NCBI RefSeq assembly: GCF_902652985.1
Contig: NC_047023.1
Span: forward strand, 21,204,001-21,268,000
Source of the DNA: Pecten maximus
Lineage: Eukaryota
Length of the DNA: 64,000 nucleotides
Direction of reading: 5' to 3'
Below, piece after piece: positions 13,073 to 27,232 of the stretch. Position 1 is the stretch's first letter, and each line of letters begins with the position of its first letter. The notes under the pieces were generated by a model that was given only the letters and a program-made list of their open reading frames with translations, made no database searches and was not told where the DNA came from. The position numbers were made by a program, and so were the translations under genes.

Positions 13073-16000
13073 CACTGGTAACTGTAAAAGTCTGAATTTT
13101 GGCGAAAAATCTGAGTTTTAAAATACATATCTGAATTTCAGCCGAAAAGTCTTAGTTTTTCAGATATACATTTTATATTCTGATAAGTTGGGGGAAACTC
13201 AGATAAGTATTATGAAATTCCGATTTGCATGCTGGAATTCAGATATGTTGGGTAAAATTCAGATGTTTTCTTATTTGTGCCCTCGGGCACCCCTTCTTGC
13301 CGGCGAGAGCAGCACGGGGTTTCACACCTCCCGCGGAGCCGGGTGTTCATGGTCCTCCGGCACCAGCTTACCTTTACATGTGCTGTATAAATCATCCGCG
13401 CCTATCCTACATCGGTCGCTGTAAACTTCAACATTACGGCCGGTAAAGTGTTTTATTTGTGATTGTCTTCGTCTGTTTTTAGTGTAATGACCAGTGTCGT
13501 TGTTCCGTGTGTTGCGTGTGTTTGATACTTTTCTACCTCCGATAAGAAAAGATCTGACTGGTGCAGTGATGCAATCGGACCGATGACGTTTTGTACAAGG
13601 GCATATCACAATCGACAACCAATATCTCTTATTTCCAATTGGTATCTAAGCTTAATTAAAATGATATTCTCAATAAATCTGTTCACGTGTTGTGATCTGT
13701 TGAAACAGTCGGTTCGTAACGTAAGTAGCCGCCCATATGTACAGTACTGTGCAGTGCGTAATTAATAAAAATCGTGTGTTGATACCGATATTCACACTGT
13801 TATCGACCTAATATTAACTATATATGCGCTGGTTAGCATACATTTAACGTAAAAAACGGACCCAATCCCACATTGTATCCTTATTTTTGTGTGTATTTTT
13901 CACCCGTTGCTTGTTGTCACATGACTAGTTATACGTCTGGCCGAACACAGCGCCAGCAGGCGGTCTATTTTAAGACCGATCAAAAGGCATACTTACGCAG
14001 TGTGTCGCCGTAAGTGTCGTGTTCTCTTTGACATTTTCATAATTGTCTTAGGGAGCAGGTTCGTTATATCATAATTGTGTTTACGTTAATATAACACTAT
14101 TGCCATTTTCTTGTTTCAGGTGTCCGAGAACTGAAAACATCAAACCAACTTTCTTACCAGTTGCCTTTCCTGTATCTAGCCCTGGCGATTCTGACTATCT
14201 TTGTTCAGTTCAAACACACTCTTAGAATTTGATCATTTTTGAATAATTTGATATGTGCATCGTGTAAAATTTTGACAAATTTCTTGATATACTGGGACGT
14301 ATATTCTAAATAAATGGTATACGTAAATATTATACCGACACATATAATGTATCATGCTAATTTTCTGAATAGTACTTGCATGTGTATCGTTTATCGTAAT
14401 GTTAATACTTTTGTGAAATGTAACAGGACGGGATATATTGTTCATCAGGATAACTTTCTATTAATAATGGGCCGTATTTTACCATATTGGGTCACATTTT
14501 GATAATTCATTAAGCAGAACAGGACGAAGCGCACAGCGTACGACTATTAGATTATTTCTCTTATATATTTATATAACAGGATATGTGTTGCATAACATTT
14601 TGACAATTTTCTTCATATACAACAATTTGATAAAGCTCCACATGCTAACGATGTAATGTAATTGGTCTCTAGGCCAATATAAAGGAATGAAAACCAAAAG
14701 ATTATTTTATGTAATGATTCGTCGATGCACAGGACTTAGAATATGCCGGTCAATTTGACAACTTCGTTAAAGCTGAAATAAATGCATCTTCCAAATCCGA
14801 AAATAATTAAGGAACGACTTAACCAAATGTTGGTATTTTTTTGTGAGTAGAGTAAACCACATCTGTATAGATTTACGGATACGAGTCGGAATGGGAACGT
14901 GTCGTCTGATAAATTAGTCGTATGGGATTTGAATATACAATAGGTTTTTGAATGTCTTTATTTATCACCGTTAGTTGTTACGTCAGTTGTTCCACGGACT
15001 TTTGATTAGATACGTGTCCGTAATAGAACATAAAACATTAGAAACACAAATTAACTTACCGAACTTGTTGAATTATTATAGTGTTCCATTTTGCAAGTAT
15101 TATATGATCGATGTCGCAAATGTCCACTTTTTTATTAGTGTGAAGGGCTTTCGTCGTAGGGGCTAATGTCCCGGGGGCTAATGTCAAGTGCGGGCTTTTG
15201 TCCGTACCCCGTTTGAGTACATAGCAGGGAGCGGTAAAACGGCTGTAAAACGTCAACATTGAATTGTCTGATATATGTGAAAATATCCCGTTTCACAAAT
15301 GATGTAAAACTAACAGAAATATGTTATTTTCGTGGTTATATAAATAACTTGCTGCAGTTACGAAAGCGCCAACGCTATCAAAAATTACATTTACATCAGG
15401 TCAGAAAAGAATGTCTACCGGACGTACCTGACACCTGCACATGGAAAAGAAAAGGTTAGAATTATTACTTCAATGCATGTGCTCATGTGTACACATACTT
15501 TTTAACATGTAATTACATAATCATAAATACATGAAACTTTGATGTAATGAATATAAAAATACACTCTCCAATCATCGTTGTTTATCAGCCGTTCCACGGT
15601 TGAACCTGTATATATATGATTTTGTGAATTATGTTAAATAATATGTCTGTACTCTAAACTGATGAGCTAATTCGCTCAAAGTCCTAAAGAACTTGAACTG
15701 GATGTACCTGACACCTGCACATGGCTAATGTGGCCACCCGTGGATAGCGCTTTGACAGGTAGGTAGAGTACCTTTCTAAAGGACGCCTCAAGTCCGTTTG
15801 ATCTGATTCGAGTACAGGTAAGGGACATAGCTTGGAGCAATCAGATAATCAAGATGCTTATTGATTAAAACAGCAGTTGTTATTGATGATACGCAGGTGA
15901 GTTAAGCAGCTCGATATCAGCATCTCGTTTTCTTCTTATGTAACATTGATCAAAATATATAATCCACACATGCATATACATGACCCCTCCCCGGGTCCTA

Positions 16001-19000
16001 GATTTCGTTTGTCGATAATTAACAGTCGATTCAATTTACGTTAAAACGTACTATTTTCAGTCAGGAGTATGGAATTTGCCACCCGACATTGTCACTTCTA
16101 ACCGCTGGCCTCAGGTTTGGCCGAGTTTTGTGGGGACTGTGGAGAAAAACAGAAACATTTGCTTCATAGCAAACTTTTTATTTGGCTATTTAGTTATATC
16201 ATTTGTACACCACCCAAGATGTTTTCTAATTAATTACAAATTACAATAGGCGAATTAATAATCGACCGAAGAGTTCATAAACATAAGCAACAATAATGTT
16301 CCGTTGTTTATCTACTAAACTTGTGTAATTATTCCGTGTTTTATGTCTATATGTCATATTTTATAATTTTAATTGTGTCAAGACAGAGACGCGTTATCTG
16401 ATATTCACGTCTCGGGTCCAGGTAAATTCGTGCAAAATACAAGTCTTCATACACGCACTCTTTCTTATTCCATCACTGTCCCTAAAAAAATGAAAGATAA
16501 TACTTAATACTGTTTAATCACTTAACAGTTCGCATTTATCTTAAGTATTTATCTCGGTTAAATACTTACTGTAGATTATCGTAACGAATGTTTGATCAAA
16601 GTATTACAATGGGTCCTTGCTATGGGAATCCACGATACATCCTTAATTTGTACCGGTTTGCATATCGGTCGTTAATCCATAATTCGTTTTACCAATTTTG
16701 CGAACTTTATTGTTAAGGTGAGGAGTTTTCATAAGCAAAACGTTCATGTACTAGATCATCGTTTCAAATATGGTGTGGTCACTGCCCTAGTCAGTTACAA
16801 TACACAACCTCTGCTAGTCCAGATGACACTGATTACAGGTCAATTATCTTGTTCACTGGACCGTTGAGAAGTCGGCGTGCCATCGACAATGTCGCGGTGT
16901 CGAGTTCTACAATAATATAAATATAGGGACAATTGTATAGGCAGGAACTCATCACACACCCATGACATATGAATGCATATTTAAACAAATTTCAAGACCA
17001 TGAGCTGTGACAAGACTACTATATTCTGTATGTATCCTGGAATCCTTCATACTGTGTTGCTTTTGGAAATGAATTGAATTACGTAATATCCTATCTCGAA
17101 GGTAAAATACAGAAGAGTCTTTGTTGAGCTACGGGGAGAAATGGGTACTTGCTGTGGCGACATCCCGTAGGGAATGGAGACCCATATTTTATCGACTAAA
17201 TCAGTATCCCAGGGTTAAGATGAAATGTTCGTTCATGTATTGTATGAATAAAAAGATAATCTACACGTAACGTTTCGGATTTTATTAGAAGATTTGATAT
17301 CGGTAAAATGATTCCGGTTATGATTTTATGAGTTTAACTTTATGAGGGTCGGGAGTAAAACACGTAAAATGAAAGCAAAATGACGCTTATAAATCCAGAT
17401 ACATTTAGAAAATTATATAAAAAAAAAACGTTATACAATTTATACGTCCCATTCTATTTAGAAAATTATAAAAAAAAAAACGTTACACAATGTATACGTC
17501 CCATTCTATTTAGAAAATTATCGAAATGTTGCAGGATATATCAAGAACAAAATCTACATGGCACACCATTTACGTCTGTCCAATTATCTTAAGAAAATGA
17601 TCAAATTTTCACCACTCTCTACCCTCGATTATATTAAAAATACAAAAAAAACCAAAAAAAAAACGCCCCGCTATAAATCACGAAGAATTATCAAAATGTT
17701 GCCAATATATATTCGTACCGATACATTAAGAAACTTTGATGCTCGAGTTCTATTCAGAACATCATCAAAATGTTACACGATATATACGTGCGATTCAGAA
17801 AATTATCGAAATATTTTTCCACGATCTAAAATATATATTTAAATGTGTATCTCTGTTGTATTCGGCAAAGTATAAAACATATTGTACGACATACATGTCG
17901 TGAAATGAGTCCTGATATGCCCCATTATTTTATAAGCAGAGACGTATATAAAGGTCACATGTATGCGATATATACGTCTACGTATTTAGGAAATTATTAA
18001 AATGCTACAGGGTAAATATGTCAAATAATGTTAACGGATATAGGTATACAGTATATATCAAAGTCAATAAATAGCAAGCATCGTTCAGGCCAGGCACAAA
18101 GAAGAAACTGCAACTGGTTCGGAATTTGGTCTATTTTTTCTGCAACCGTATTACAGCCATGGGATACCTGAAACAAGAATATAGTAACTGTGTTATATAT
18201 ACGTCAAAACAAATATACGATTAAGTTGTTCACAAAGACTAACATTTTCCAATCTCGCCAAATAATCATTAACAAAACGATGGTTCTGTAAGAAATATAA
18301 AGAACAGCAGCGACACTTACGGTAGGTGATTCTGTTTGTACTGGTAGCTAGCTGGTAGCCCATGACAGACGTACGGCTTTTGATCGGTCCTAAAATAGAC
18401 CGCCTGCTGGCACTGCGTACGGCCAGACGTATGACTATCATGCGACCACAAGCCATCGAAAGTGTGCGAACAATTTATTTGGGTCTGATTTTTCGTCAAG
18501 TGCACATAAATAATGTTTGGTCTATAACAGTGTGAATATCGGTATCAACACACGATTTTTATTAATTACGCACTGCACAGTACTGTACATATGGGCGGCT
18601 ACTTACGTTACGAACCGACTGTTTCAACAGATCACAACACGTGAACAGATTTATTGAGAATATCATTTTAATTAAGCTTAGATACCAATTGGAAATAAGA
18701 GATATTGGTTGTCGATTGTGATATGCCCTTGTACAAAACGTCGTCGGTCCGATTGCATCACCGCACCGTGCAGTCAGATCTTTTGTTATCGGAGGTAGAA
18801 AAGTATCAAACACACGCAACACACGGAATAACGACACTGGTCATTACACTAAAAACAGACGAAGATAATCACAAATTAAAACACTTTACCGGCCGTAATG
18901 TTGAAGTTTACAGCGACCGATGTAGGATAGTCTATATTGGTGACCGATCGAGTCACACGCGGATGATTTATACAGCACAGGTAAAGGTAAGCTGGTGCCG

Positions 19001-19285
19001 GAGGACCATGAACACCCGGCTCCGCGGGAGGTGTGAAACCCCGTGCTGCTCTCGCCGGCAAGAAGGGGTGCCCGAGGGCACAAATAAGAAAACATCTGAA
19101 TTTTACCCAACATATCTGAATTCCAGCATGCAAATCGGAATTTCATAATACTTATCTGAGTTTCCCCCAACTTATCAGAATATAAAATGTATATCTGAAA
19201 AACAAAGACTTTTCGGCTGAAATTCAGATATGTAATTTAAAACTCAGATTTTTCGCCAAAATTCAGACTTTTACAGTTACCAGTG
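13073..19285 (+). mobile_element. Non-autonomous CACTA/CMC-EnSpm-like DNA transposon, copy 1 (6213 bp)
   Basis: CACTG...CAGTG ends; TIRs 13073-13808 and 18519-19285; 3-bp TSD CAA; subterminal ATCTGAATT-like repeats; no transposase ORF seen. Confidence 0.9.
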
Positions 19286-19900
19286 CAAGGCCTATACAGG
19301 ACTACAGACGGCCTATACAGGACTACACACGGCCTATACAGGACTACACACGACCTATACAGGACTACACAAGGCCTATACAGGACTACACACGGCCTAT
19401 ACAGGTCTACACACGGCCTATACAGGACTACACTAGGCCTATACAGGACTACACACGACCTATACAGGACTACACACGGCCTATACAGGACTACACACGG
19501 CCTATACAGGACTACACACGGCCTATACACAGCCTATACAGGACTACACACGACCTATACAGGACTACACACGTCCTATACAGGACTACACACGACCTAT
19601 ACAGGACTACACACGACATATACAGGACTACATACAGGGCCTACCGGGGTATATAGGAATACACTGGGACAATACTAGTACTGGGCCCATACAGGACTGC
19701 ACATGTACACGTTCTGCCAATAAAGGACTATACACTATATATATACCAGTACAGGACTACATACAGGGCTACACACTACCAATACAGGACTACACACAGG
19801 GCCTTCCGGGGTATAGAGGACTACACTGGGACAATATATACAAGTACAACACATGCCCATACAGGACTACACACACTACCAGTACAGGCCTACAGACGAC
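19286..19900. repeat. 21-bp minisatellite, right part
   Basis: Same unit resumes in register after the TSD. Confidence 0.9.
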
Positions 19901-22900
19901 CAAGACAAAAGTCCAGTCAATACAGTACAAACTGAGTCAATATCGAAAATGGTTTCAATCAAATGCAATGCACCACCTGCTCATCTGGAACATTTTAGTA
20001 TGCACGACTGACAAATAACCCTACAATAAATCAAAGTCATGTACATAACTCTTCATATTAATGTCTGAATAAATTATGATAGAGCTTGTATTAATCAGTA
20101 ATTTATGGATGATTAAATACATGATCAGTACCTGAATATGTAATAAAGATATCATACTAATTATACTACCAGTACATCTTCATCATACTTATACATGTAC
20201 TGTCATGAATAGGGTCATGAATTCATTTCATAGATACAGCTAGGACATCCACTATTAATTGTCTTAAATTTACAAGATTTGGATTGTTGACATTATTATA
20301 TAGTTTTATTTTGTTGTCACAAACTCTGATAATTTGAAGGCTCTTCTTATAATGTGAGGCCAAATTCAGTTCCGTCATTAACATTTTTTATATCAAACTG
20401 AATATACCCAGTTACTTTGAATATCAGTATTATATTCATGATATCTCAATGTTTTTTCATGGCATGACCCCAATGACTTAAGATAACAGGGTTCAGACTG
20501 TATAATGAATCATATACACAAACAATGTACGTATATACAATGTATAATAATTACTGGTAGATGTCTCAGTAGCCATGATACTGATGGATAATAGTTTTGG
20601 GTATAGAGATGAGGCCACTCCATCTCAATTTGGGGGAAAATTTGTGAATTGTCTTTATTATAAAGAAAGTATTCAGGAATAAATTACAAATTAAGGGAAT
20701 TTAACTTTAATATGATTTTTTTTTAAATTGGAATGGGGCAGCTCATTATTCTCCCCCCCCCCCCCCCCCCCCCCCCCCAAAGTCTTTGTATCACATAACA
20801 TGGACAGTATATAGTCTATAAGTTTATACAATGTACATTTTTTACCATATAATACATGGACAGTTGTACATGTAATTTATATATATATATATATTACCAC
20901 ATGATACATGGACAGTAGTTTCTATACGTTTATATACATGATTTGTATATATTACCACATAATACATAGTGGACAGTGTAGTTTAATTTCTATGTGTATA
21001 TATATATATACCACCTAATAGATGGAGTATAAGGCAGAATGAGTAATATGGTGCACTTTGTAAAAAGGGAATGTGTCACGCGAATATCGGATATTAAATG
21101 CCATCATGAGAATTTTATAACTCTATGTCTGTATGACGTTTGTATTTTGTTTAGATCTGAATCATTTTGAGCGACATTTTGATTATAATTCCACACAATT
21201 ATTTTCCTTATCACCAATATCATAGACATGTTAAATAGTTGATAGTATACATCAACACACCAGTAATGCAAACATGGATCAGATAATCATTGTGATAAAA
21301 TATTCAAGCATACATCTTTGTCATAGAAGTGGTTATATTGTGAAAAATCACTTGAATGGTTCATCACATATGACAGTTTTACCTGTGGGAAAATCTATTT
21401 TGTCACAGAACTATGCATTTAACAAACAAAAAAGAGCAAACATTTAAGAGTAAATATGATCAACCAGACCTGATCATATTTAAAGAAACACTTTGATCAT
21501 ATATAGAATGGCCTTAGTAAATATGTCGTATATGGAAATCACTAAATGTACAAGGGGTAGGAAAGGCTTGGTGGAATACTTAAGACAGGATATAGATACA
21601 CAATACATACTTTGAGCTCTAAATTAATGTTCCATTAAAGTAAAATGTACTATCGAGGTAAGGATATATAAAGGATATATATATTATGCTGTATAAACTC
21701 AAACCTAATTACGTTGCAGCCACTTAGGTACATGTCAGGAAACAAATACAAATGGTCTCACTCAACAACAATAATAACAAAACACTTTGCACATTTCATG
21801 ATTAAAACATATTTATCAAACTAATTAATTAGGCTATGCCTGAAAAATGCAGAGAATTAGAGCAGAGCAGACTAGTCTGTTAAAGTGTTAATGCATGCAC
21901 TTTAAGTATAATTGAATAAGTCATCATAAGGGTTTAATTATAGCTGTAGCCTTCAGATGAACATGATAGTATGTCTATCTAGATAACATGTATTGACCCT
22001 TTATATATAATTAGATTTCAGGGAAATGGTGATTTTGTTTTCTGAAATTGCTTCAATTAAATAACTCCTAAACACATACACACAAGATTCAGGCAAAAAT
22101 GATAAAAACATATAAAAAAAACTTCAGAACATGGTAAGGCATATGCATTTGCAATAACAACAATTTGAACCAAAACCTTAATTGTGTTACCTCGCATTGA
22201 AATTAAAGTGGATCATGTCATTAAGTTGAACTAATATAACCTGCTAGTACTTTCAAATCAAATGGTTAAATATCATGGTTCTAGTTATCTTGGCAATGGT
22301 GAGTCAGAAAATTTTGATGCATTATAGAAATTTAAATCATTTTGATGCAGTAACTTTAAAACTGTATCAAGACTGCTCACCTTAATTCTGACTCATTCGA
22401 TTCATTTCAGTTTAAAATTTCATTGTCAATCAGAGAAATGAGTTTAAAATGATCTATGACAAATAACTGACCATGACATGCTTTGTTTGTGTTGGCATGC
22501 ATGTTTCATAAACATTTGCAAAAGAAGCAGGTCTGGTGTGTGGCTCAAAGTTTGTACTCCATGTTAAATAATATGTATATGGTCTATGTCACTTAGTTGA
22601 CAAAACTTGCTTCTTTGGGTCACCAACTGGTATATAGCAGAAAATAAACCTGGTCATGGTTTAATTCCAGTTAGCTTGTTTGCAAAACTGTAATTTCCCC
22701 CCTGTTTTTTTTTTTTTTTTTTTACATTAGCCCAGGGTTGTTTTTGGTGGCAAAGTGTTTGTAAATTATGTAAAGGGGGTGGGTATTGTGTACATTGGAA
22801 AAGAATAAAATGGTAGGACGTTCGCTCAGAGAGTGAAAGGTCACCTGAGCTCAGACCCAGAAAAAAAAATGTCATACCTATTACAAATCTTGAACATTTC

Positions 22901-23302
22901 TTTACATGATAAGATTTCAATATTTTTGATAATTAATATATATATAAAATAATATAATAACTCCAAATATTGGACTGACTAAATAGAAGTTTTCAAGATG
23001 AACTTAATTTATTTGAGACATAGATTTGCTGAAGAGACAATTGAAACGAAAAATATACATGGTTATATAATAACACACTCAACTCATGTTCTTGATATCG
23101 AAATACTTTTTACAAACATAAAGTAGTAAATAATTACTTGATAAATATACATTTTTTGAATAACATTATTTTAATACCGAAATCTGGAAGATCACTGAAG
23201 ATAGAAATTGGTATATATATATATGGAAATCACTGCTTGCTTGACTAGTCTTTCAGTATAAATAATGAGTTATTGCTACTTTGATAGCTTTCTAATACTC
23301 AC

Positions 23303-23482
23303 CTTAAATGGGAGCAATATCTCGGTGTCATCCAAGAACAATATTTTACAAATATGTCCATCTTTCGGTTTGTTACCATAATATTCCCACTCAGCATTAG
23401 AATTCGATTTTCCTTTATCACTTCTTAGAAACCGCGGGAGGAGTTTTGAAAATCTAAAGGAATTTGACATACTGTTTGTCAT
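23303..23482 (-). CDS. EPB41L4A: FERM-domain (band 4.1-like 4A) gene, coding exon 1
   Basis: MTNSMSNSF...HICKILFLDDTEILLPFK then AAG|GTGAGT, phase 0; CxILFLDD is the usual FERM-N start. The ATG at 23470 is an alternative start. Confidence 0.85.
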
Positions 23483-23830
23483 GTGGAACAATTCTGACGT
23501 TAGTCTCAGCTCCCGCCTTGTACCCTCTTACTTCATACAGTCTCCTCAACGATAACTCCATTGATTCTGAAAGTTTAAAACTTTACATGCTGTACACGAG
23601 GCATAAAAAGTCGTCCACGTTTTCGTTGATCTAATTATCCATCATTATCTCTCAACACACCTGACTGCACACTTTTGTTTGTTCGTTCACCAACGTGTTT
23701 GTTTACACGTTTACACGTTTCACCTGCTTGTTTCGTCTCATGTCACTTGTCGCACCTGTCCAAGGGGATGCAACTCTGTAATATCCGGTATAGGAATTAT
23801 GGGAAATCAAATTTTTGCAACTTCCGTTAT

Positions 23831-23840
23831 TTCTCTTTCC
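23831..23840 (+). promoter_or_regulatory. TCT initiator / 5'TOP pyrimidine tract of RPS15
   Basis: ttctctttcc just upstream of ccaccATG; typical of ribosomal protein genes. Confidence 0.75.
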
Positions 23841-23856
23841 GGTCGAAATTTCCACC

Positions 23857-23859
23857 ATG
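23857..23859 (+). CDS. RPS15: 40S ribosomal protein S15 exon 1 (ATG only)
   Basis: ccaccATG|gtgagc; phase 0 joins exon 2 GCT GAC. Confidence 0.88.
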
Positions 23860-24075
23860 GTGAGCGAATAAATGATGAGTCTACTGAATCCGATAAAATC
23901 TGCCTTATTGCGACTGCTATAGAATAATCGGATTTTCCTTTCAATAAAGAATGAAATAAACTACCCATGCATTGTAGTTGTAACGCCATAAACATTGTCT
24001 AAACCCACAGAAATAAGGGTTGAACTGACACATTTTAGTTGTTTACATGATGATATCAGCTAGTTTCATTTTCAG

Positions 24076-24179
24076 GCTGACCAAGAAACACAAGATTTAT
24101 TGGAAAAGAAGAAGAAGCGTACTTTTAGAAAGTACACTTTCAGGGGTGTTGATCTTGACCAACTTTTGGACATGTCAAG
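24076..24179 (+). CDS. RPS15: RPS15 exon 2
   Basis: [34 protein letters not shown]; AG/GT flanks. Confidence 0.96.
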
Positions 24180-25666
24180 GTGTGTAATTTCGTCTTACTT
24201 TGCCTACCCACTAAACACCCCGAGTAAAAAGTTTCCTTGAAGCTAGCACTGAATCTCGATCTACGTTTAGGCCAGAGGAAATACATTACATATATCATTT
24301 CAAGATATATGATAACAACAATATTTTATTTGGAACTTATCTACAACGTAGCAAAAATTATCACCTGACCACAATAGTCACCACATACAATTGTTGAAAA
24401 TATTCTAATCATTAAATATGGTCAGAAAAGATACCATTTGAACACAGTACATCATGATGTGATTGTGAATTAACTAGATATATTCAAATATATATATATT
24501 GATTTTCTCCACGTTTCAAACAATACTATAGTAATAAATTCATATAGGCCTATATTAAAAATAAAGCAATAATAGTGCAAGATTGACAAATTTAACATTC
24601 TGCATTGACGCTTATCATTTCTTGTGAATTTGCATTATGAAAGTGCTTTGTAATTTGTTTTTGGGCATTTTTTTGCAACTATTATTGAGATATTATGGGC
24701 ATCTAAATTGAGAGGATGGGTTTGAACTTGAAATTCTTGTGCATCCCAAATGAAATGTGTATTTGTGTATGGTAGAATAACAGGAGGTAATACGTATACC
24801 TGTCCAATGAAGTACTCCCAAATCATGAAAAAAAATTTTTAAAAGGAATCCTGATGAACCAAGAACTGAACACACTTTGATTTTCAACAAACTTGAAAAT
24901 AAAAGAGATTACTTACTAACATATGACCTTTTAAAGTAACATTATTGTGATGTTGAAGTGAAGAAAAAATTAACTTCTGGCATTTTAAAAATAAAAAGTG
25001 ATTGTCTTTGAAATATAACAGGCATTGCAAATTAATGAAGAAATCCTGCTAAAAGAATGAGGGCATTAATTATATAGGTTTATGGCTTTGTGAAAATTAT
25101 TGGGGTTAGCTGATTGTCAAGCATTGATTAGTTTATAGATTTTTATATATATATACACACTATGTGTTGGTGATCTGAAGATATAGATTTGAATTTCCTG
25201 TCCTAGTAAGTTGTACTGAGAAAAATATATTTATATATATAATTTTGTAGTCAACCATAAACTTAAATGCAGACTCCAAAATTCTTACCTCTGGCCAGTT
25301 CATGGTGCAGGGATCATTTTGGAGGGGGCCATATGCATTGGCCCACAATTTTCATGAATGACCCACATGATTCAGAAAAAATCCATTAAATTGGTGTAGA
25401 AGTGTTTGCAATAACTGCAGCATATAGTGATGTATTTTGTGTACATCCATTGAGTATTAAGCGTTACAGGTCCCGTGCACTTATTAAATTGTTGATATAG
25501 ATACAGTAAATGAGTTTAAAAGCATCAAACTTACTGCGAGCTGGCACATTCCTCCGCCATTATCAGACTTGGTGTTCTCATATCTGTTACAGGTCACATG
25601 TTTCCCCCCACTGTATCAAGCAGGCAACTTTTCATTATTATACATTAAACTATTCTTTCCTTACAG

Positions 25667-25799
25667 TGAACAGTTGATGGAATTGCTCTCATCCAGAGCC
25701 CGCCGTAGGTTCACCAGGGGTCTGAAGAGGAAGCCCATGGCACTCATCAAGCGTCTTAGGAAGGCCAAAAAGGAGGCCAAACCCCTAGAAAAGCCAGAG
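25667..25799 (+). CDS. RPS15: RPS15 exon 3
   Basis: [44 protein letters not shown]. Confidence 0.96.
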
Positions 25800-26188
25800 G
25801 TAGGAGAAAGAGCAATGAGTCATACAAAAATGTAGTTTTGAGAATGTGAAGGAATGGGGATATCTGTGAGAATGGTTTCTTGATGCATTAGTTTGAATTT
25901 AAAACAGATGTACACATCTGATTCAATGAAGGAATCGTCATAAAAAAACCTGGAAAACAAAAGCTTCAGGTGGTATCTGAATGCAAGACGAGTAATAGAT
26001 TACTTCATGATATAAAATTTAAGCTTGGGATAATAGCCCTTGTTTTTGACCAATTCAAACCCTCTTCCCAGTATGAACAGATCAATTTTGTTTGAATTTG
26101 TTGAACATTGACTTATTAATGTAGAATTTTTAAAATCCTCAGATATTCACTGACATATATTCAAAGACCTTTTACTTTATTCACATAA

Positions 26189-26323
<135 letters not shown>

Positions 26324-26435
26324 TAAATTAAAAGCAAAGCTGTCTTTTAAAAAAATACCTTTATGTTGGTTACTTTAAAAATAAAAACAGTTCAATTTCA
26401 AATAAAAGAAACTAAGTGTATCGTGTGTATATTAT

Positions 26436-26850
26436 CAGTGGTGTACAATTTCCACTAGCCCGACATCCGTTGTAGTATTGGTATGTAACCGTCCGAAAGT
26501 TTTAACTCTGTTCAACCAGTACAACTAAAATCCATATTTTGTATACTCTTAATTATTTTAATATGTGTAAACTTCTTGTACTGTACAGATAATTTCTTTC
26601 ACAATAGTTATGACTACATCTTCATACAGAAACCAGATAACATAGTAAACATACTGAACAAAAAAAAATCATTCATTGTTGAATGACACAATTCTAATTG
26701 ATTCATTCTGTTTAGGAAAAGGTACATTACGGAAAACAAGATTTACTAGAATACATGTTCATGTACTGAAAAATTGCTAAAGTGCAGGGGCTAGTAGAAT
26801 TCTGATCGTGGGTAGTGGAAAAAATAGGCTACTAGCCCCTGTATATTACA
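26436..26850. mobile_element. Degenerate non-autonomous DNA transposon in RPS15 intron 4
   Basis: CAGTGGTGTACAATTTCCACTAGCCC end with inverted GGGCTAGTAGAA / GTAGTGGAAA motifs at 26788-26840. Confidence 0.4.
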
Positions 26851-26961
26851 TAAATATGTTTGATATAATAATTTCATATATGAAAATGTATACCCAGATT
26901 TCATGTAGATTATGACATAATCTTGATTATCTAAATCATTTCTCATAGTAGTATAATTTAA

Positions 26962-27210
<249 letters not shown>

Positions 27211-27226
27211 ACTGTATTTGTTGGTT

Positions 27227-27232
27227 AATAAA
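27227..27232 (+). terminator. RPS15 polyadenylation signal AATAAA
   Basis: AATAAA 16 nt after the stop codon. Confidence 0.75.

Noticed and set aside
13188-13765. Overlapping ORFs in the TIRs as a transposase
   Set aside because: Short, no DDE or Transposase_21-like motif, and frames differ between arms because of indels
15655-15690. Hammerhead at CTGATGAGCTAATTCGCTCAAAG (also CTGATGAG at ~52826)
   Set aside because: No GAAA core or stem III/cleavage triplet
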